This document shows positions 38,087 through 48,468 of a DNA stretch of 64,000 bases, one piece after another. The position numbers and the translations under genes were made by a program. Numbering within the stretch: the first letter of the stretch is position 1; every line of letters begins with the position of its first letter. The notes beneath the pieces are model-generated. The model had not been told where the DNA came from. It did not search any database and was given only the letters and a program-made list of their open reading frames with translations. Source of the stretch: Methanomethylovorans sp. PtaU1.Bin093 (lineage in GTDB: Archaea > Halobacteriota > Methanosarcinia > Methanosarcinales > Methanosarcinaceae); contig NZ_MVQX01000048.1 of assembly GCF_002067275.1 (NCBI RefSeq), forward strand, positions 29,748 through 93,747, read 5' to 3'.

Positions 38087-38569
38087 ATGCAAGATGCAGA
38101 TAAGAATCTGAGAAAAGTTAGGAGCATAGCCGATCATCAGTTTGGAAAGGGATGTGGTGAAGCCCTTTTTCCGGAAGGTGTAACTTTTCTGCTGTCCAGG
38201 ACCAACCGTGTCAGGCAAATAATAAACAACGGTCAACGCATTGCCACGGTCAGGGCAAAGGATGGTATGCTCACCCTGAGCATTGCCGGAGCTCAGGTGA
38301 TACACAATGTCCTTCCTTCGCCTTCCTATAGGGTGATAGTGTGTGATGACGCAGTTCCCTTTGTATCGAAAGGCAAGACCGTTTTCGCGAAACATGTCAT
38401 TAGCTTGGACAAAGAACTTAGAGCCGGAGAAGAAGTCCTTGTTGTCGATGCTTCTGATAAGCTCCTTGCCACTGGTCAGCTTTTACTTTCCCCGGATGAA
38501 GCTCTATCCATAGGCAGAGGGCCAGCTGTTGATGTGCGCAATGGTATAGACCAAGAGAAAGACACATAA
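38087..38569 (+). CDS. PUA-domain protein (C-terminal part of a split archaeosine tRNA-guanine transglycosylase)
   Basis: IADHQFG.G, R.KDG.LTL and V..GK.VFAKHV...D...RAGEEVLVV motifs. Confidence 0.82.
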   Translation: MQDADKNLRKVRSIADHQFGKGCGEALFPEGVTFLLSRTNRVRQIINNGQRIATVRAKDGMLTLSIAGAQVIHNVLPSPSYRVIVCDDAVPFVSKGKTVFAKHVISLDKELRAGEEVLVVDASDKLLATGQLLLSPDEALSIGRGPAVDVRNGIDQEKDT

Positions 38570-38650
38570 TAATTAATAATATATACATGCCATTTTATAC
38601 CATGTGTGCTGTAACCGTAGCTACAATTCACCATTTACGGAAGTGATATC

Positions 38651-39532
38651 ATAGCCGAAGAAACTCTCCTTAAGACCTTTGTGGTCCCCGACAACACAAA
38701 AATGGAAGAGCACACTATTGTCGTGGAAGGTGATGTGATAGTAGGTAATCATTCAGATATCAAGTACGGTATTCACGCAAATTCTGCCATTCTGGGTGAA
38801 CGCGTGGAACTTGCTGGTGATCTTGTATGCAAGTCTGATGTACGTATAGACATCTGGTCCCGGATAGGTGGAAATGTCAAGACAGGTGAGGACGCCTATT
38901 TGGGAGAATTTGTCAACATAGATGGTAAACTGATTGTCAAAGGTGACCTAGATATCGGTAATGATGTTAAGATCAACGGAGGCTTTGAAGCAAAGGGCTG
39001 GATAGTCATACGTAACCCTGTACCTGTCATTGTGTATCTTTTCCTATACATAAGTGAACTTCTGCGTCTTGGTAAGGATGAAGAGGTGGAAAAAGCACTG
39101 AATGAACTTTTTGATGATACTGTAGAGGTTATGGTTCCCGCTGCTATGATAATTCCAAACGGCTCAAGTATATCTATCGACTCTATCCGCGTACCTTCTC
39201 ATGCAGTTATAGGGAACGGCTGCAGGCTTGTAGGAAATATCCGTTCCACTTCATTGGAGATGGGTAGTGATAATACTCTATACGGGAGTATAAGGACAAT
39301 AGATGACATCCATCTTGGAAAGAACAATTCCATTCATGGGAATATTGTTTCCAGGGGAATGGTGAGGATCTCTGAAGGTTCCCATGTGTTGGGCGAGATC
39401 AATGCGCGCACCGTCAGGATACATGAATCTGCAAGGGTTGATGGTGTAATGAGAGCTTCTGAAGGTGTTGTCTTTGAAAGGGAAGAAAATACTGAGTTAA
39501 GTGACAGTCAACTGATGCAGCTTGATGTTTGA
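38651..39532 (+). CDS. COG4801 beta-helix/bactofilin-like (polymer-forming cytoskeletal) protein; start possibly ATA 38651
   Basis: Repeated I.G.I/V units in two blocks separated by RNP.PVIVYLFLY. Confidence 0.78.
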   Translation: MAEETLLKTFVVPDNTKMEEHTIVVEGDVIVGNHSDIKYGIHANSAILGERVELAGDLVCKSDVRIDIWSRIGGNVKTGEDAYLGEFVNIDGKLIVKGDLDIGNDVKINGGFEAKGWIVIRNPVPVIVYLFLYISELLRLGKDEEVEKALNELFDDTVEVMVPAAMIIPNGSSISIDSIRVPSHAVIGNGCRLVGNIRSTSLEMGSDNTLYGSIRTIDDIHLGKNNSIHGNIVSRGMVRISEGSHVLGEINARTVRIHESARVDGVMRASEGVVFEREENTELSDSQLMQLDV

Positions 39533-39597
39533 ATTATATAATAATATTAGGTATCTCCAATATCAGGTAAGATCATGAAAAGTATGGATGCTTTCAT

Positions 39598-39927
39598 ATG
39601 AATGCAAATTTTCTTATTGCAATGGATGTTCTGATGCGTGGTCTCACCGTAGTTCTTGCATTGCTTGTTTGCTATGAGTTGAACAATTACAGTGCAGATG
39701 TTGTGCGTTCACGCCTTTTTGTATCCTACAACAAGCTTAAGTTCAGTTTCTACTTTCTATCCCTGAGTCTATTGTTCTTTTTCTTTGAACCTTTGCTATC
39801 ACCATTTCCGATTTCGGAAGAAACTGGCTACAGGTATACTTTTGCAATGTTCTTCTTCCAGGCATCTCTTGTGTTCCTGTTACACAATATCTATATCTCA
39901 TTGAAACCACCACGCAAGATCCTTTAA
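39598..39927 (+). CDS. Small membrane protein (about 3 TM)
   Basis: 109-aa hydrophobic ORF in co-directional context. Confidence 0.65.
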   Translation: MNANFLIAMDVLMRGLTVVLALLVCYELNNYSADVVRSRLFVSYNKLKFSFYFLSLSLLFFFFEPLLSPFPISEETGYRYTFAMFFFQASLVFLLHNIYISLKPPRKIL

Positions 39928-39993
39928 GCATCGTCAAGTCTTTATATATTCCAAATATACCTAACTGCCTTGTAATTAACAGAGGTGTGTTCC

Positions 39994-41151
39994 ATGTCTT
40001 CCATAAATTACGAAAGCATCGCACAGAAAGATGCAGCGCATGTCATGCAGACATATGGGCGCCAGCCGCTCGCACTTGTCAGTGGGAAAGGTGCAGTTGT
40101 CTGTGATGTCAATGGTGTGGAGTACATAGACTGCGTTGCAGGTATCGCAGTCAATAATGTAGGGCACTGTCATCCAAGGGTAGTGGAAGCCATAAAGTCC
40201 CAGGCAGAGAAGCTCATACATGTTTCAAATCTTTATTATACGGAGGTCCAGGCCGATCTTGCCGAGGAACTGGTGAAGTTAACAGGTATGGAACGCGCCT
40301 TCTTCTGCAATTCCGGAGCAGAGGCAGTGGAAGCTGCAATGAAACTGGCTCGTGTCACTACAGGAAAAACAGACTTCATAGCTGCAGAAAGGTCTTTTCA
40401 TGGGCGTACCATGGGTTCACTTTCAGTAACTTACAAGGAGATGTACAGGGCTCCATTCAGGCCTCTGGTGCAGGAAGAGATCTTTGTGCCATACGATAAT
40501 GCTGATGCCATGGCAGAAGCTATCACAGAGAAAACCGCTGCTATCATCATTGAGCCTATTCAGGGAGAAGGTGGCATTCATGTGCCTTCTGATGGTTATC
40601 TGCAGGAAGTGCGCCGCATATGCGATGAACATGGCATACTGCTGATCTTTGATGAGGTGCAGACGGGTTTTGGCAGGACCGGTAAATGGTTCTGCAAGGA
40701 CCACTTCGGTATCCAGCCGGATATAATGTGCATGGCGAAAGCCATGGGTGGCGGTTTCCCCATGGGGGGAATTGTTGCAAAAAAAGGCATAGCTTTCAGT
40801 AAGGGTCAGCATGCCTCTACTTTCGGCGGAAATCCCCTTGCATGTGCTGCAGCTCTGGGTTCCATCGCAGCAATTAAAGAAGATGGTCTGCTGGAGCGTA
40901 CCACTGAACTTGGCAAGTATTTCATGGATAAGCTCACGCAAGCCGATATTCCTGGCTTCAAAGAGGTTCGTGGCCGAGGTCTTATGATCGGTCTGGAACT
41001 GGAGCGTAACTGCACTGAAATAGTGGACCATGCAAGGAAGCATGGAGTGCTGCTTAACAGTACTTCTGAAACTGTCATACGTCTGGCTCCACCTCTTGTT
41101 ATTAACAAAGACCAGATCGATAGGGTGGTAGAGGTAATTGAGCAGGCTTGA
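39994..41151 (+). CDS. argD: Acetylornithine aminotransferase
   Basis: [43 protein letters not shown] and STFGGNP motifs. Confidence 0.92.
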   Translation: MSSINYESIAQKDAAHVMQTYGRQPLALVSGKGAVVCDVNGVEYIDCVAGIAVNNVGHCHPRVVEAIKSQAEKLIHVSNLYYTEVQADLAEELVKLTGMERAFFCNSGAEAVEAAMKLARVTTGKTDFIAAERSFHGRTMGSLSVTYKEMYRAPFRPLVQEEIFVPYDNADAMAEAITEKTAAIIIEPIQGEGGIHVPSDGYLQEVRRICDEHGILLIFDEVQTGFGRTGKWFCKDHFGIQPDIMCMAKAMGGGFPMGGIVAKKGIAFSKGQHASTFGGNPLACAAALGSIAAIKEDGLLERTTELGKYFMDKLTQADIPGFKEVRGRGLMIGLELERNCTEIVDHARKHGVLLNSTSETVIRLAPPLVINKDQIDRVVEVIEQA

Positions 41152-42220
41152 ACTCATCGATGAGAACATTCGGACTATTCCCGAATATGTACCGGGCAGG
41201 TCCATAGAGGACACAGCAAAAAAATATGACCTTGATCCGGCTTCCATCATAAAATTGGGCTCCAACGAGAACCCATTAGGTCCTTCTCCAAAAGCGGTTG
41301 AGGCAATTTTGGAAAACGCAGGAAAGGTCCATCTCTATCCTTCAGCGGATGCAGGTGAACTTGTGGAATCTCTGAGCAGGTACCTTTCTCTCCCTGTTTC
41401 CAATATATGTGCCGCAGGCCCAGGCATGGATGGACTGCTGGATAACCTGATGCGGCTTATCATTCAGGAAGGTGATGAGGTTATACTTCCAATACCCACT
41501 TTCTCCTATTATGAAATAGCTGCCCGTGCAAACGGAGCTTCTGTTATATGTGTTGAAAGGAAAGAAGATTTCTCTGTAGATATTGATGCTATTAGAAAAG
41601 CAGTGTCTTCCAGAACAAAAGTGATCTTCCTCTGTTCTCCTAACAACCCTTCAGGTAACATGGTAGCAGAATCTGACGTAAGGATGCTTTTGGAATCCTT
41701 CCGCGGATTGGTGTTCGTAGATGAAGCTTACGTGGAATTTGCCGAACACAGCGTCACAAACCTTGTAATGGAATATGATAACCTGGTTGTAGGCAGGACG
41801 TTCTCTAAAATATTTGGCCTTGCTGGCTTACGTCTAGGTTATGGTGTAATGCCTGCCTGGCTTAAGAAAGAATATATGAAGACCGCAACGCCCTTCAACG
41901 TCAGTCTCCCTGCATTGAAAGCCGGTGTAGCCGCTATCACTGACAAACAACATATTGAAAAGAGCATTGCAATGGTCAGAGAGGGACGCAAATACTTGCA
42001 GGAACAAATACCCTTTAAGGTATATGATTCCACGGCCAATTTCGTACTTGTGGATGTTTCTCCCCGCAGTGCCAGTGAGGTATGTGAATCCCTCCTTAAA
42101 AAAGGTATAATTGTCAGGGATTGCCGTTCTTTCAGGGGTGCTGGCAACTCTCTGATAAGGGTCACTGTAGGCACACAAGAGCAAAATACGCGTGTAGTAG
42201 AAGCATTCAGGTCAGCATAA
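41138..42220 (+). CDS. hisC: Histidinol-phosphate aminotransferase
   Basis: [22 protein letters not shown] and [14 protein letters not shown] motifs; TTG start after GAGGT. Confidence 0.94.
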   Translation: MSRLELIDENIRTIPEYVPGRSIEDTAKKYDLDPASIIKLGSNENPLGPSPKAVEAILENAGKVHLYPSADAGELVESLSRYLSLPVSNICAAGPGMDGLLDNLMRLIIQEGDEVILPIPTFSYYEIAARANGASVICVERKEDFSVDIDAIRKAVSSRTKVIFLCSPNNPSGNMVAESDVRMLLESFRGLVFVDEAYVEFAEHSVTNLVMEYDNLVVGRTFSKIFGLAGLRLGYGVMPAWLKKEYMKTATPFNVSLPALKAGVAAITDKQHIEKSIAMVREGRKYLQEQIPFKVYDSTANFVLVDVSPRSASEVCESLLKKGIIVRDCRSFRGAGNSLIRVTVGTQEQNTRVVEAFRSA

Positions 42221-42231
42221 ATTATCCGATG

Positions 42232-42600
42232 TCATCGGATATTTGATATTTCTTCGATCTTCATTAAGGGATAATCCAGATACTTGTCGTATTTAAGAGA
42301 AGCCTTTACCATTATATCTTTATATTTCATGTACAGAGTGACATCCAGCATACGCCCTTCCAGTTCGCAGTATCCGAATTCACTATTCAGTCTGGCACTT
42401 ATCATGTCCCTATCGATCCTAACTGTTATGTTCTCTACAAAGGGTTGAACAGATATGCTCTGAGCTATTGCTTTTTCCAGACTGTCTACTGTCCCCATGT
42501 TCACAGGTGAACCACTAAATTGATGATATAGTGCTCCAAGCTTGATCCCAGCTTCAAATAGGGCATTATCTCTTTCAGTTATGCTGTTTATTGTGCTCAT
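42232..42600 (-). CDS. mptD: Archaeal dihydroneopterin aldolase
   Basis: FEAGIKLGALYHQF.G.PV and YPLM motifs. Confidence 0.85.
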   Translation of the reverse strand: MSTINSITERDNALFEAGIKLGALYHQFSGSPVNMGTVDSLEKAIAQSISVQPFVENITVRIDRDMISARLNSEFGYCELEGRMLDVTLYMKYKDIMVKASLKYDKYLDYPLMKIEEISNIR

Positions 42601-43273
42601 GAATGTCTTTCCCCATGTTCCTTATAAAGATTGGAGAGATGATGTAAAGCATCATAGCCAGCACTAAAGGAACTGTGGCTATACTTGTAAATGCTGGGTC
42701 AAGGAAATACGATACTATGGATATGGCAAATATAAGAGTTAATGGCAGGGTTTTCTTTTTGCTTCTGATCTTCATGTAGGGTATACTGCTCACCATCAAC
42801 ATCCCCAGTATTATGCAACCTGCTGCCACAGCAATTGACTGTAGATGTCCCTCATCCACCAGTATTATTGCGGCAACTGTTATTCCACCTGCTGTTATAG
42901 GCAAGCCTTTGAAAAAAGCACTGTCAGGTTTAGATATGTTAAACCTTGCAAGCCGCAGGATACCGCAGATCAGATAAAAGCAGACAGCTACAAATGTAAC
43001 AAATTCGCTTATATATGTGGTTATTATAATTGCGGGTGCCACGCCAAATGAGATCACATCTGCAAGCGAATCAAGCGACCCCCCAATATCGCTTCCTCCT
43101 ATATACCTAGCCATGCTCCCGTCCAGACCGTCTGCAATTGCAGCTAAGAGGATCAATGTACACGATAGTTGCACCATTCCGTACTGTATTGCAACTATCG
43201 CTCCAAAGCCACACAATGCATTGAGCAGAGTGATCAGATCAGGCAATTTCAGAGTACTAAATATGTCATTCAC
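42575..43273 (-). CDS. pssA: Archaetidylserine synthase
   Basis: DGLDG..AR...G..LDSLADVISFGVAP, RLARFN and F.GLP motifs. Confidence 0.92.
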   Translation of the reverse strand: MNDIFSTLKLPDLITLLNALCGFGAIVAIQYGMVQLSCTLILLAAIADGLDGSMARYIGGSDIGGSLDSLADVISFGVAPAIIITTYISEFVTFVAVCFYLICGILRLARFNISKPDSAFFKGLPITAGGITVAAIILVDEGHLQSIAVAAGCIILGMLMVSSIPYMKIRSKKKTLPLTLIFAISIVSYFLDPAFTSIATVPLVLAMMLYIISPIFIRNMGKDIHEHNKQHN

Positions 43274-43887
43274 TCCTTCTGTTTTAATCTGGCTATGGTT
43301 GTTCGGCCGGCATATACCTTGTCACCTTTATTGCATTCGATCACAAAGCTCTCTGGAACTGTTACGTCCACCCTGGAGCCGAAACGGATCATCCCTATAC
43401 GTTGCCCCCTTTCCATAAAGTCTCCTTCCTTTATGTAAGGCACTATTCTTCTGGTAATAGTGCCTGCTATCTGGACAACTTCTATTTTCCCATATTCTGT
43501 ATCCATGTATATGTGTTGTCTCTCATTTCGGTGAGAGTCCTTACAAAAGGCAGGTATATATCCACCTTTCTTATACTCGAGTGAAGTGACCTTTCCTTTT
43601 AAAGGCGCCCTGTTCACATGAACATTCTGAAAGTTCATAAAGATACAAAGTTTTCTGTTCCTTATATCTACTATCCTGCCGTCGGCTGGGGAAAGCATGC
43701 ATTCGTTACCCTCCGCAGGATACCGTTCAGGATCACGGAAGAATATAAACAAGAATGCCAGTACCAAAATTCCTATTGTCAATACTGTCTTTGCATATGA
43801 ATGTGCTGTGAAATAGGTCACTAATACAAAACAAAATGTGATCCCAAAAGTAGTCAGTATCCAGGGAATTGAACCTTTGGCAAGCAT
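43270..43887 (-). CDS. psd: Archaetidylserine decarboxylase proenzyme
   Basis: FFRDPER, SPADG, HVNRAP, NER, QIAG and the FGS self-cleavage motif. Confidence 0.93.
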   Translation of the reverse strand: MLAKGSIPWILTTFGITFCFVLVTYFTAHSYAKTVLTIGILVLAFLFIFFRDPERYPAEGNECMLSPADGRIVDIRNRKLCIFMNFQNVHVNRAPLKGKVTSLEYKKGGYIPAFCKDSHRNERQHIYMDTEYGKIEVVQIAGTITRRIVPYIKEGDFMERGQRIGMIRFGSRVDVTVPESFVIECNKGDKVYAGRTTIARLKQKE

Positions 43888-43899
43888 TTAATGATTTCC

Positions 43900-44706
43900 C
43901 TACACTTTCTTCCTTAATTTATTGATTTGTTCGGTGGTCATGTTCCAAAGGCCATCAATGAGTTCCAGGATCTCAGGTAGTATACGCATTACCATGTATG
44001 CGATCACGAACAGAGCTACTCCTGACCCAGCCTTTGCTATCATATGGTGAGCGATCTCAAAGCTATTTGGTCCAAACCACATTTCACCATATGCGACCAC
44101 TACAAATACATCTCTTAATATATTAAGTATATAGATGACGGGCACTGATACCATGAACGCGGATAGCAGTTTTTTCATCGGTGCGTTCACAGAAGCTATC
44201 AGCCCCATAAAAAGGGCAATGCTTTCAATGGCAGTGCATCCCAGGATTATCTCCACGGTGTGGCCGTTATATGTTATCATGTTACCCGCCCTATAAGCCG
44301 AGAAGCCTAGCATGTTCAGTGTCCACATTATATTGTTTGTTACCATGCCGATCAGCCATTCTTTCAGGGCTGATATCTCTGCAAAAGGAAAATAGAACAC
44401 TGATCCGATAGCAATGGCATTAGTGGCCATATATGTGATGTCGATCTCACCTTCCATAGGTGTGTATCTATTCGTATATTGCAGATACATTGTGCGTGCT
44501 ATGAGCAAGCAAAATATGCTCATTGCTATGGTAAGCGCCACGTTCACATAGTCATCTATGGCAATATAATGGAACGGCTGCTGCAGCCAGTGAATTGAGA
44601 ATACGGTCCATCCTCCTGCTCCTATTACTCTTTTATATCTATTTTTTCCAGACAGGATTGCACTGAGAAGCATCAATGAGATGGATATCCATAGTATGAT
44701 AAGCAT
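43900..44706 (-). CDS. artA: Archaeosortase A
   Basis: Multi-TM; IILGCTAIES (catalytic Cys), LNILR (Arg) and F..AH..IAK motifs. Confidence 0.88.
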   Translation of the reverse strand: MLIILWISISLMLLSAILSGKNRYKRVIGAGGWTVFSIHWLQQPFHYIAIDDYVNVALTIAMSIFCLLIARTMYLQYTNRYTPMEGEIDITYMATNAIAIGSVFYFPFAEISALKEWLIGMVTNNIMWTLNMLGFSAYRAGNMITYNGHTVEIILGCTAIESIALFMGLIASVNAPMKKLLSAFMVSVPVIYILNILRDVFVVVAYGEMWFGPNSFEIAHHMIAKAGSGVALFVIAYMVMRILPEILELIDGLWNMTTEQINKLRKKV

Positions 44707-44767
44707 TAATAGCACCTGTAATTGTATGGACTTATATACTTGTCAGCCATAATAAACTTGTTGTCAT

Positions 44768-45184
44768 ATGAAACCGGTAACTCCTCTTTTAACTGTAGAT
44801 GCAATAATTATAAATGGTTCAAATATCGTACTTGTCAGGCGGCAAAACGACCCTTTTAAGGGCATGTTCGCCCTTCCCGGTGGATTCGTAGAGGTAGGAG
44901 AAACTACTGAAGAGGCAGTAGTGCGTGAGGCTTTGGAAGAGACCGGCTTATCGATAGAAATAGTTAAGTTGATTGGAGTCTATTCAGAACCTTTGCGTGA
45001 TCCAAGAGGGCATACAGTGTCTATATGTTATCTCGCAAAGGGAACAGGTATCCCCAAAGCAGGTTCTGATGCGGCAGATGTCGCGCTTTTCACAATAGAT
45101 GGCATACCCAAACTGGCTTTCGATCACAATAAAATAATAGATCAGGCAAGAGTTGATATAAATGGAGTTCTGTCCCAAATGTAA
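44768..45184 (+). CDS. NUDIX hydrolase (ADP-ribose pyrophosphatase-like)
   Basis: Nudix box GGFVEVGET.EEAVVREALEETG; RDPRGH and LAFDH. Confidence 0.92.
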   Translation: MKPVTPLLTVDAIIINGSNIVLVRRQNDPFKGMFALPGGFVEVGETTEEAVVREALEETGLSIEIVKLIGVYSEPLRDPRGHTVSICYLAKGTGIPKAGSDAADVALFTIDGIPKLAFDHNKIIDQARVDINGVLSQM

Positions 45185-45476
45185 GTCGATGATGTTCCCG
45201 GTTCAGGGTTCTTTCGTATGTAAAAAGTGCGGCCATGTGAAGGGTGCTGAAGGGGTTTCTGATGACCTCGTCTCAAAATCCCAGCGTAAGGACCGTGAAG
45301 TCACTGTTCTTGAAGAGAATTTCGACCAGGGTCTTCCCACCACATCTTCCAGATGTCCTGAATGCGGACACAATGTTGCATATTGGTGGCTCAGGCAGCT
45401 CAGATCGGCGGATGAGTCTGAAACACGTTTCTTCAAATGCACCAAATGCAACGCCACATGGAGAGAATACGACTGA
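45162..45476 (+). CDS. tfs: Transcription factor S
   Basis: Two Zn ribbons; QLRSADE acidic hairpin. Confidence 0.94.
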   Translation: MEFCPKCKSMMFPVQGSFVCKKCGHVKGAEGVSDDLVSKSQRKDREVTVLEENFDQGLPTTSSRCPECGHNVAYWWLRQLRSADESETRFFKCTKCNATWREYD

Positions 45477-45577
45477 GTTATCCTCAATCCCCATTTATAT
45501 GAGTATTTATACAGGAAACTTTTATTACTTAAAGGATATAATGAAGTGGTTATTCAGACACCGGATGGAGAATTGAT

Positions 45578-46315
45578 ATGTTCAAGGCAACGATTGACGC
45601 GGATATTTTAAAAAGTTCCATAGAAACGCTTTCTGTACTCGTGGATGAGGCTCGATTCAGGATATCCACAGAGGGACTCTCTGTAAGAGCAGTGGATCCG
45701 GCAAACGTGGCCATGGTAAGCTTTGAGCTTGCAGCAAGTGCCTTTAATGATTTTGCTGCCGACGACTGTGAGATCGGCATGGACCTTACCAAGGTCAATG
45801 ATATTTTTGGGGTAGCAGAAAAGAACGAAAAGGCTACTCTGGAGCTGGATGAGCTGTCCCAGAAAATGTCCATACACATTGGTGGCTTTTCTTATACTCT
45901 TTCGTTACTGGATCCTTCCACTATCCGTGCAGAACCGCGCATACCACAGCTTGAGTTGCCTGCTGAAGTTGTGCTCAATGGCAAGGAACTTCAGAAAGCT
46001 GTCAAAGCAGCAGAGAAGATCAGTGATCACATGTCCCTTGGTGTGGATGGGGATATCTTCTACATGGAGGCTGAAGGAGATACTGATAAGGTCCGTCTGG
46101 AAATGCCCCGCGACCAGTTGATAGATCTGAGGTCCGGAGAGGCCCGTTCTCTGTTCTCTCTGGATTATCTCTCGGACATTGTCAAACCAGCCTCTAGATC
46201 AAATGAGGTCACTCTTGAGCTGGGGAAGGATTATCCTATCAAGATAGGTTTCACTATTGCCGAAGGTGCAGGCAAGATAAGCTACCTGCTTGCCCCAAGG
46301 ATAGAATCAGACTGA
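45578..46315 (+). CDS. pcn: DNA polymerase sliding clamp PCNA
   Basis: AVDPANVAMV and C-terminal YLLAPRIE motifs; 245 aa. Confidence 0.96.
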   Translation: MFKATIDADILKSSIETLSVLVDEARFRISTEGLSVRAVDPANVAMVSFELAASAFNDFAADDCEIGMDLTKVNDIFGVAEKNEKATLELDELSQKMSIHIGGFSYTLSLLDPSTIRAEPRIPQLELPAEVVLNGKELQKAVKAAEKISDHMSLGVDGDIFYMEAEGDTDKVRLEMPRDQLIDLRSGEARSLFSLDYLSDIVKPASRSNEVTLELGKDYPIKIGFTIAEGAGKISYLLAPRIESD

Positions 46316-46318
46316 TCT

Positions 46319-47377
46319 ATGGAAGAAAAGGATCTTGCTCTTTATCCCTTTATTACGGAAGCTTCAGCATACGTATCAGATCTAGGTTTCAGCCTTGAAC
46401 GGCTGATCACCTCTCGAGCCATGGATTCTGCCCGTTCCCGTGGGGTTGAAAGAGTACTTCAGGCCTTGAAAGGTGACATTACCAAGCCCCAGCTTTTAGC
46501 TTCGGATGACCGCAAGATCCTCATAGAACTGCTTTCATATCCCTTTTCAAGGATCCTGGTATCCTGTATAGATGATAATTTTCTTATACGCAGGTATGCA
46601 CTTGCAGAAGCAGTTTCCTGTTATGAGCTTCTGCATTCAGAACCATATGAGTTCATATGTTCAATAGCATCTGATTTTCATGTTGATGTTCTTTTTTCTG
46701 ACCATCAGTTCGATATCCATTTCACCGATTATATCCGGCTTGCAAGTTCCATGAAAGCATTGGAGTGGAAACTTGTTAACCGCAAGATACAGAAAGGTCA
46801 TGTTTATATCTCAAAGGAAGAACTTGCAAGGTTGCTTCAGGAGGCCATACGTGACCGGATCCAGAGTTCTCTTCCTCTGGATGTACCTGAAGATATTTGT
46901 CAGATGTGTGTTCCATACATTTCTCCGATCCAGACTGAACTGCAGCAGATGAAGGAAACATTTGGTTCCGGGGATTTTGGTGCGGTGGAGAGTAATATGT
47001 TCCCTCCCTGCATGGCGCATGCCATAGCCAATGTAAGAGCCGGGGTGAATCTGGCTCATTCCATGCGTTTTGCCCTTACTTCGTTCCTGCGTAACGTGGG
47101 CATGTCAGTAGATGATATAGTTGCTATGTTCAACGTATCTCCTGATTTCGATATGGAGAAAACGAGATATCAGATAGAACATATCTCGGGCTCATCAGGC
47201 ACAGAATACAAGCCTCCTTCCTGTTCCACCATGCGCACTTATGGCAATTGCTACGGTGCAGATGAGCTATGCAGCAGGATAAAACACCCTCTTAACTACT
47301 ATAGGCGCAAGACATGGTTTAAACATAAGAATGAAGTTTCTCAGCAACATCTATTTTCAGGAAAAGATAGCGAATAG
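46319..47377 (+). CDS. priL: DNA primase large subunit
   Basis: YPF N-terminus; FPPCM, NL.H..RF, PDF....YQ..H and PSC.TM...CY....C Fe-S domain. Confidence 0.93.
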   Translation: MEEKDLALYPFITEASAYVSDLGFSLERLITSRAMDSARSRGVERVLQALKGDITKPQLLASDDRKILIELLSYPFSRILVSCIDDNFLIRRYALAEAVSCYELLHSEPYEFICSIASDFHVDVLFSDHQFDIHFTDYIRLASSMKALEWKLVNRKIQKGHVYISKEELARLLQEAIRDRIQSSLPLDVPEDICQMCVPYISPIQTELQQMKETFGSGDFGAVESNMFPPCMAHAIANVRAGVNLAHSMRFALTSFLRNVGMSVDDIVAMFNVSPDFDMEKTRYQIEHISGSSGTEYKPPSCSTMRTYGNCYGADELCSRIKHPLNYYRRKTWFKHKNEVSQQHLFSGKDSE

Positions 47378-47470
47378 AATATACTTCTTAAGTTATTTCC
47401 TAACATTTATATGATTTAAATCGTATCATAAAGTAAGGCAAATATCTCAGCTGAGATCAGGAGGGAGAAT

Positions 47471-48169
47471 ATGGGCTTATTCAATCGTATGAGCACAGTT
47501 ATCAAAGCCAAAATGAATAAAATTGCAGATAAGATGGAGGATCCCCGGGAGACTCTTGATTATTCTTATGAAAAACAGCTTGAGCTTCTACAAAATGTAA
47601 AGAGAGGTGTGGCTGAGGTCACAACATCGAAGAAACGTCTGGAGTTACAGAAAGCAAAGCTTCAGCAAAGCATAGACAAGCTGGACCAGCAGGCAAGGGA
47701 CGCTGTCAAAGCCGACAGGGAAGACCTTGCAAGACTTGCCCTTGAGCGCAAGGCAGCACTTGTGACACAGGTTCAGGGGCTTGACCAGCAGATAGCGGAG
47801 TTAGACCAGGAACAGCAGAAGCTTGTAGCTGCAGAGAAGCGTCTGTCCACAAAGGTCGAGATCTTCAGGACAAAGAAGGAAACCATCAAGGCACAGTATT
47901 CCTCTGCGGAAGCGCAGGTCAAGATCAACGAATCTATTTCAGGGATCAGCGAGGAAATGGCCGATGTGGGTCTTGCCATGGAGAGGGCCGAGAACAAGAC
48001 CGAACAGATGAAAGCACGTTCTGCAGCCCTAGATGAGCTCATTGAACAGGGCACGCTGGAAGATGTGACCGGCAGGCATGATGACATAGACCGTGAACTT
48101 GCAAAGCTAAGTTCCCAGAGCACTGTCGATGCGGAGCTTGCAAAACTCAAGCAGGAGGCAGGCAAATGA
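47471..48169 (+). CDS. pspA: PspA/IM30 family protein
   Basis: MGLF.R.......DKMEDP N-terminus, long coiled coil, REDLARLAL. Confidence 0.92.
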   Translation: MGLFNRMSTVIKAKMNKIADKMEDPRETLDYSYEKQLELLQNVKRGVAEVTTSKKRLELQKAKLQQSIDKLDQQARDAVKADREDLARLALERKAALVTQVQGLDQQIAELDQEQQKLVAAEKRLSTKVEIFRTKKETIKAQYSSAEAQVKINESISGISEEMADVGLAMERAENKTEQMKARSAALDELIEQGTLEDVTGRHDDIDRELAKLSSQSTVDAELAKLKQEAGK

Positions 48170-48444
48170 TCATACGGATAATGGGACTGGGGCAATATAA
48201 GGTGCCCAGCAGCCTTTTTGATGAGCTGAACGCTATTGATAACCGCATAGTTGATCATGTGACCAAAGGTGATGAGAAAGCTTATAACCAAGATCTGGCA
48301 GCTCTTATCTCAAAGATCAAGCATAATGGAAAGGTTCTGGGTGCCGAAGAGATCGTTGAATCAGATGTCATAGTGCCTCCTGAGGATATGACCTTTGAAG
48401 AAGCAAAGGATGTGTTCACAGGCAGTGGTATCTTTGAGGACTGA
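48166..48444 (+). CDS. PspA-associated protein PspAA
   Basis: MIIRIMGLGQY...LN..D and SDVIVPP.D motifs; overlaps the pspA stop. Confidence 0.8.
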   Translation: MIIRIMGLGQYKVPSSLFDELNAIDNRIVDHVTKGDEKAYNQDLAALISKIKHNGKVLGAEEIVESDVIVPPEDMTFEEAKDVFTGSGIFED

Positions 48445-48468
48445 AAAATTTAGTGAAGTTAAAATATA

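Noticed and set aside
40423-41265. 280-aa minus-strand ORF
   Set aside because: Lies antisense to argD/hisC, has no motifs and has shadow-ORF composition.
43888-43902. Pyrrolysine read-through fusing artA (TAG stop) to the in-frame psd
   Set aside because: An in-frame TAA lies immediately before the psd ATG.
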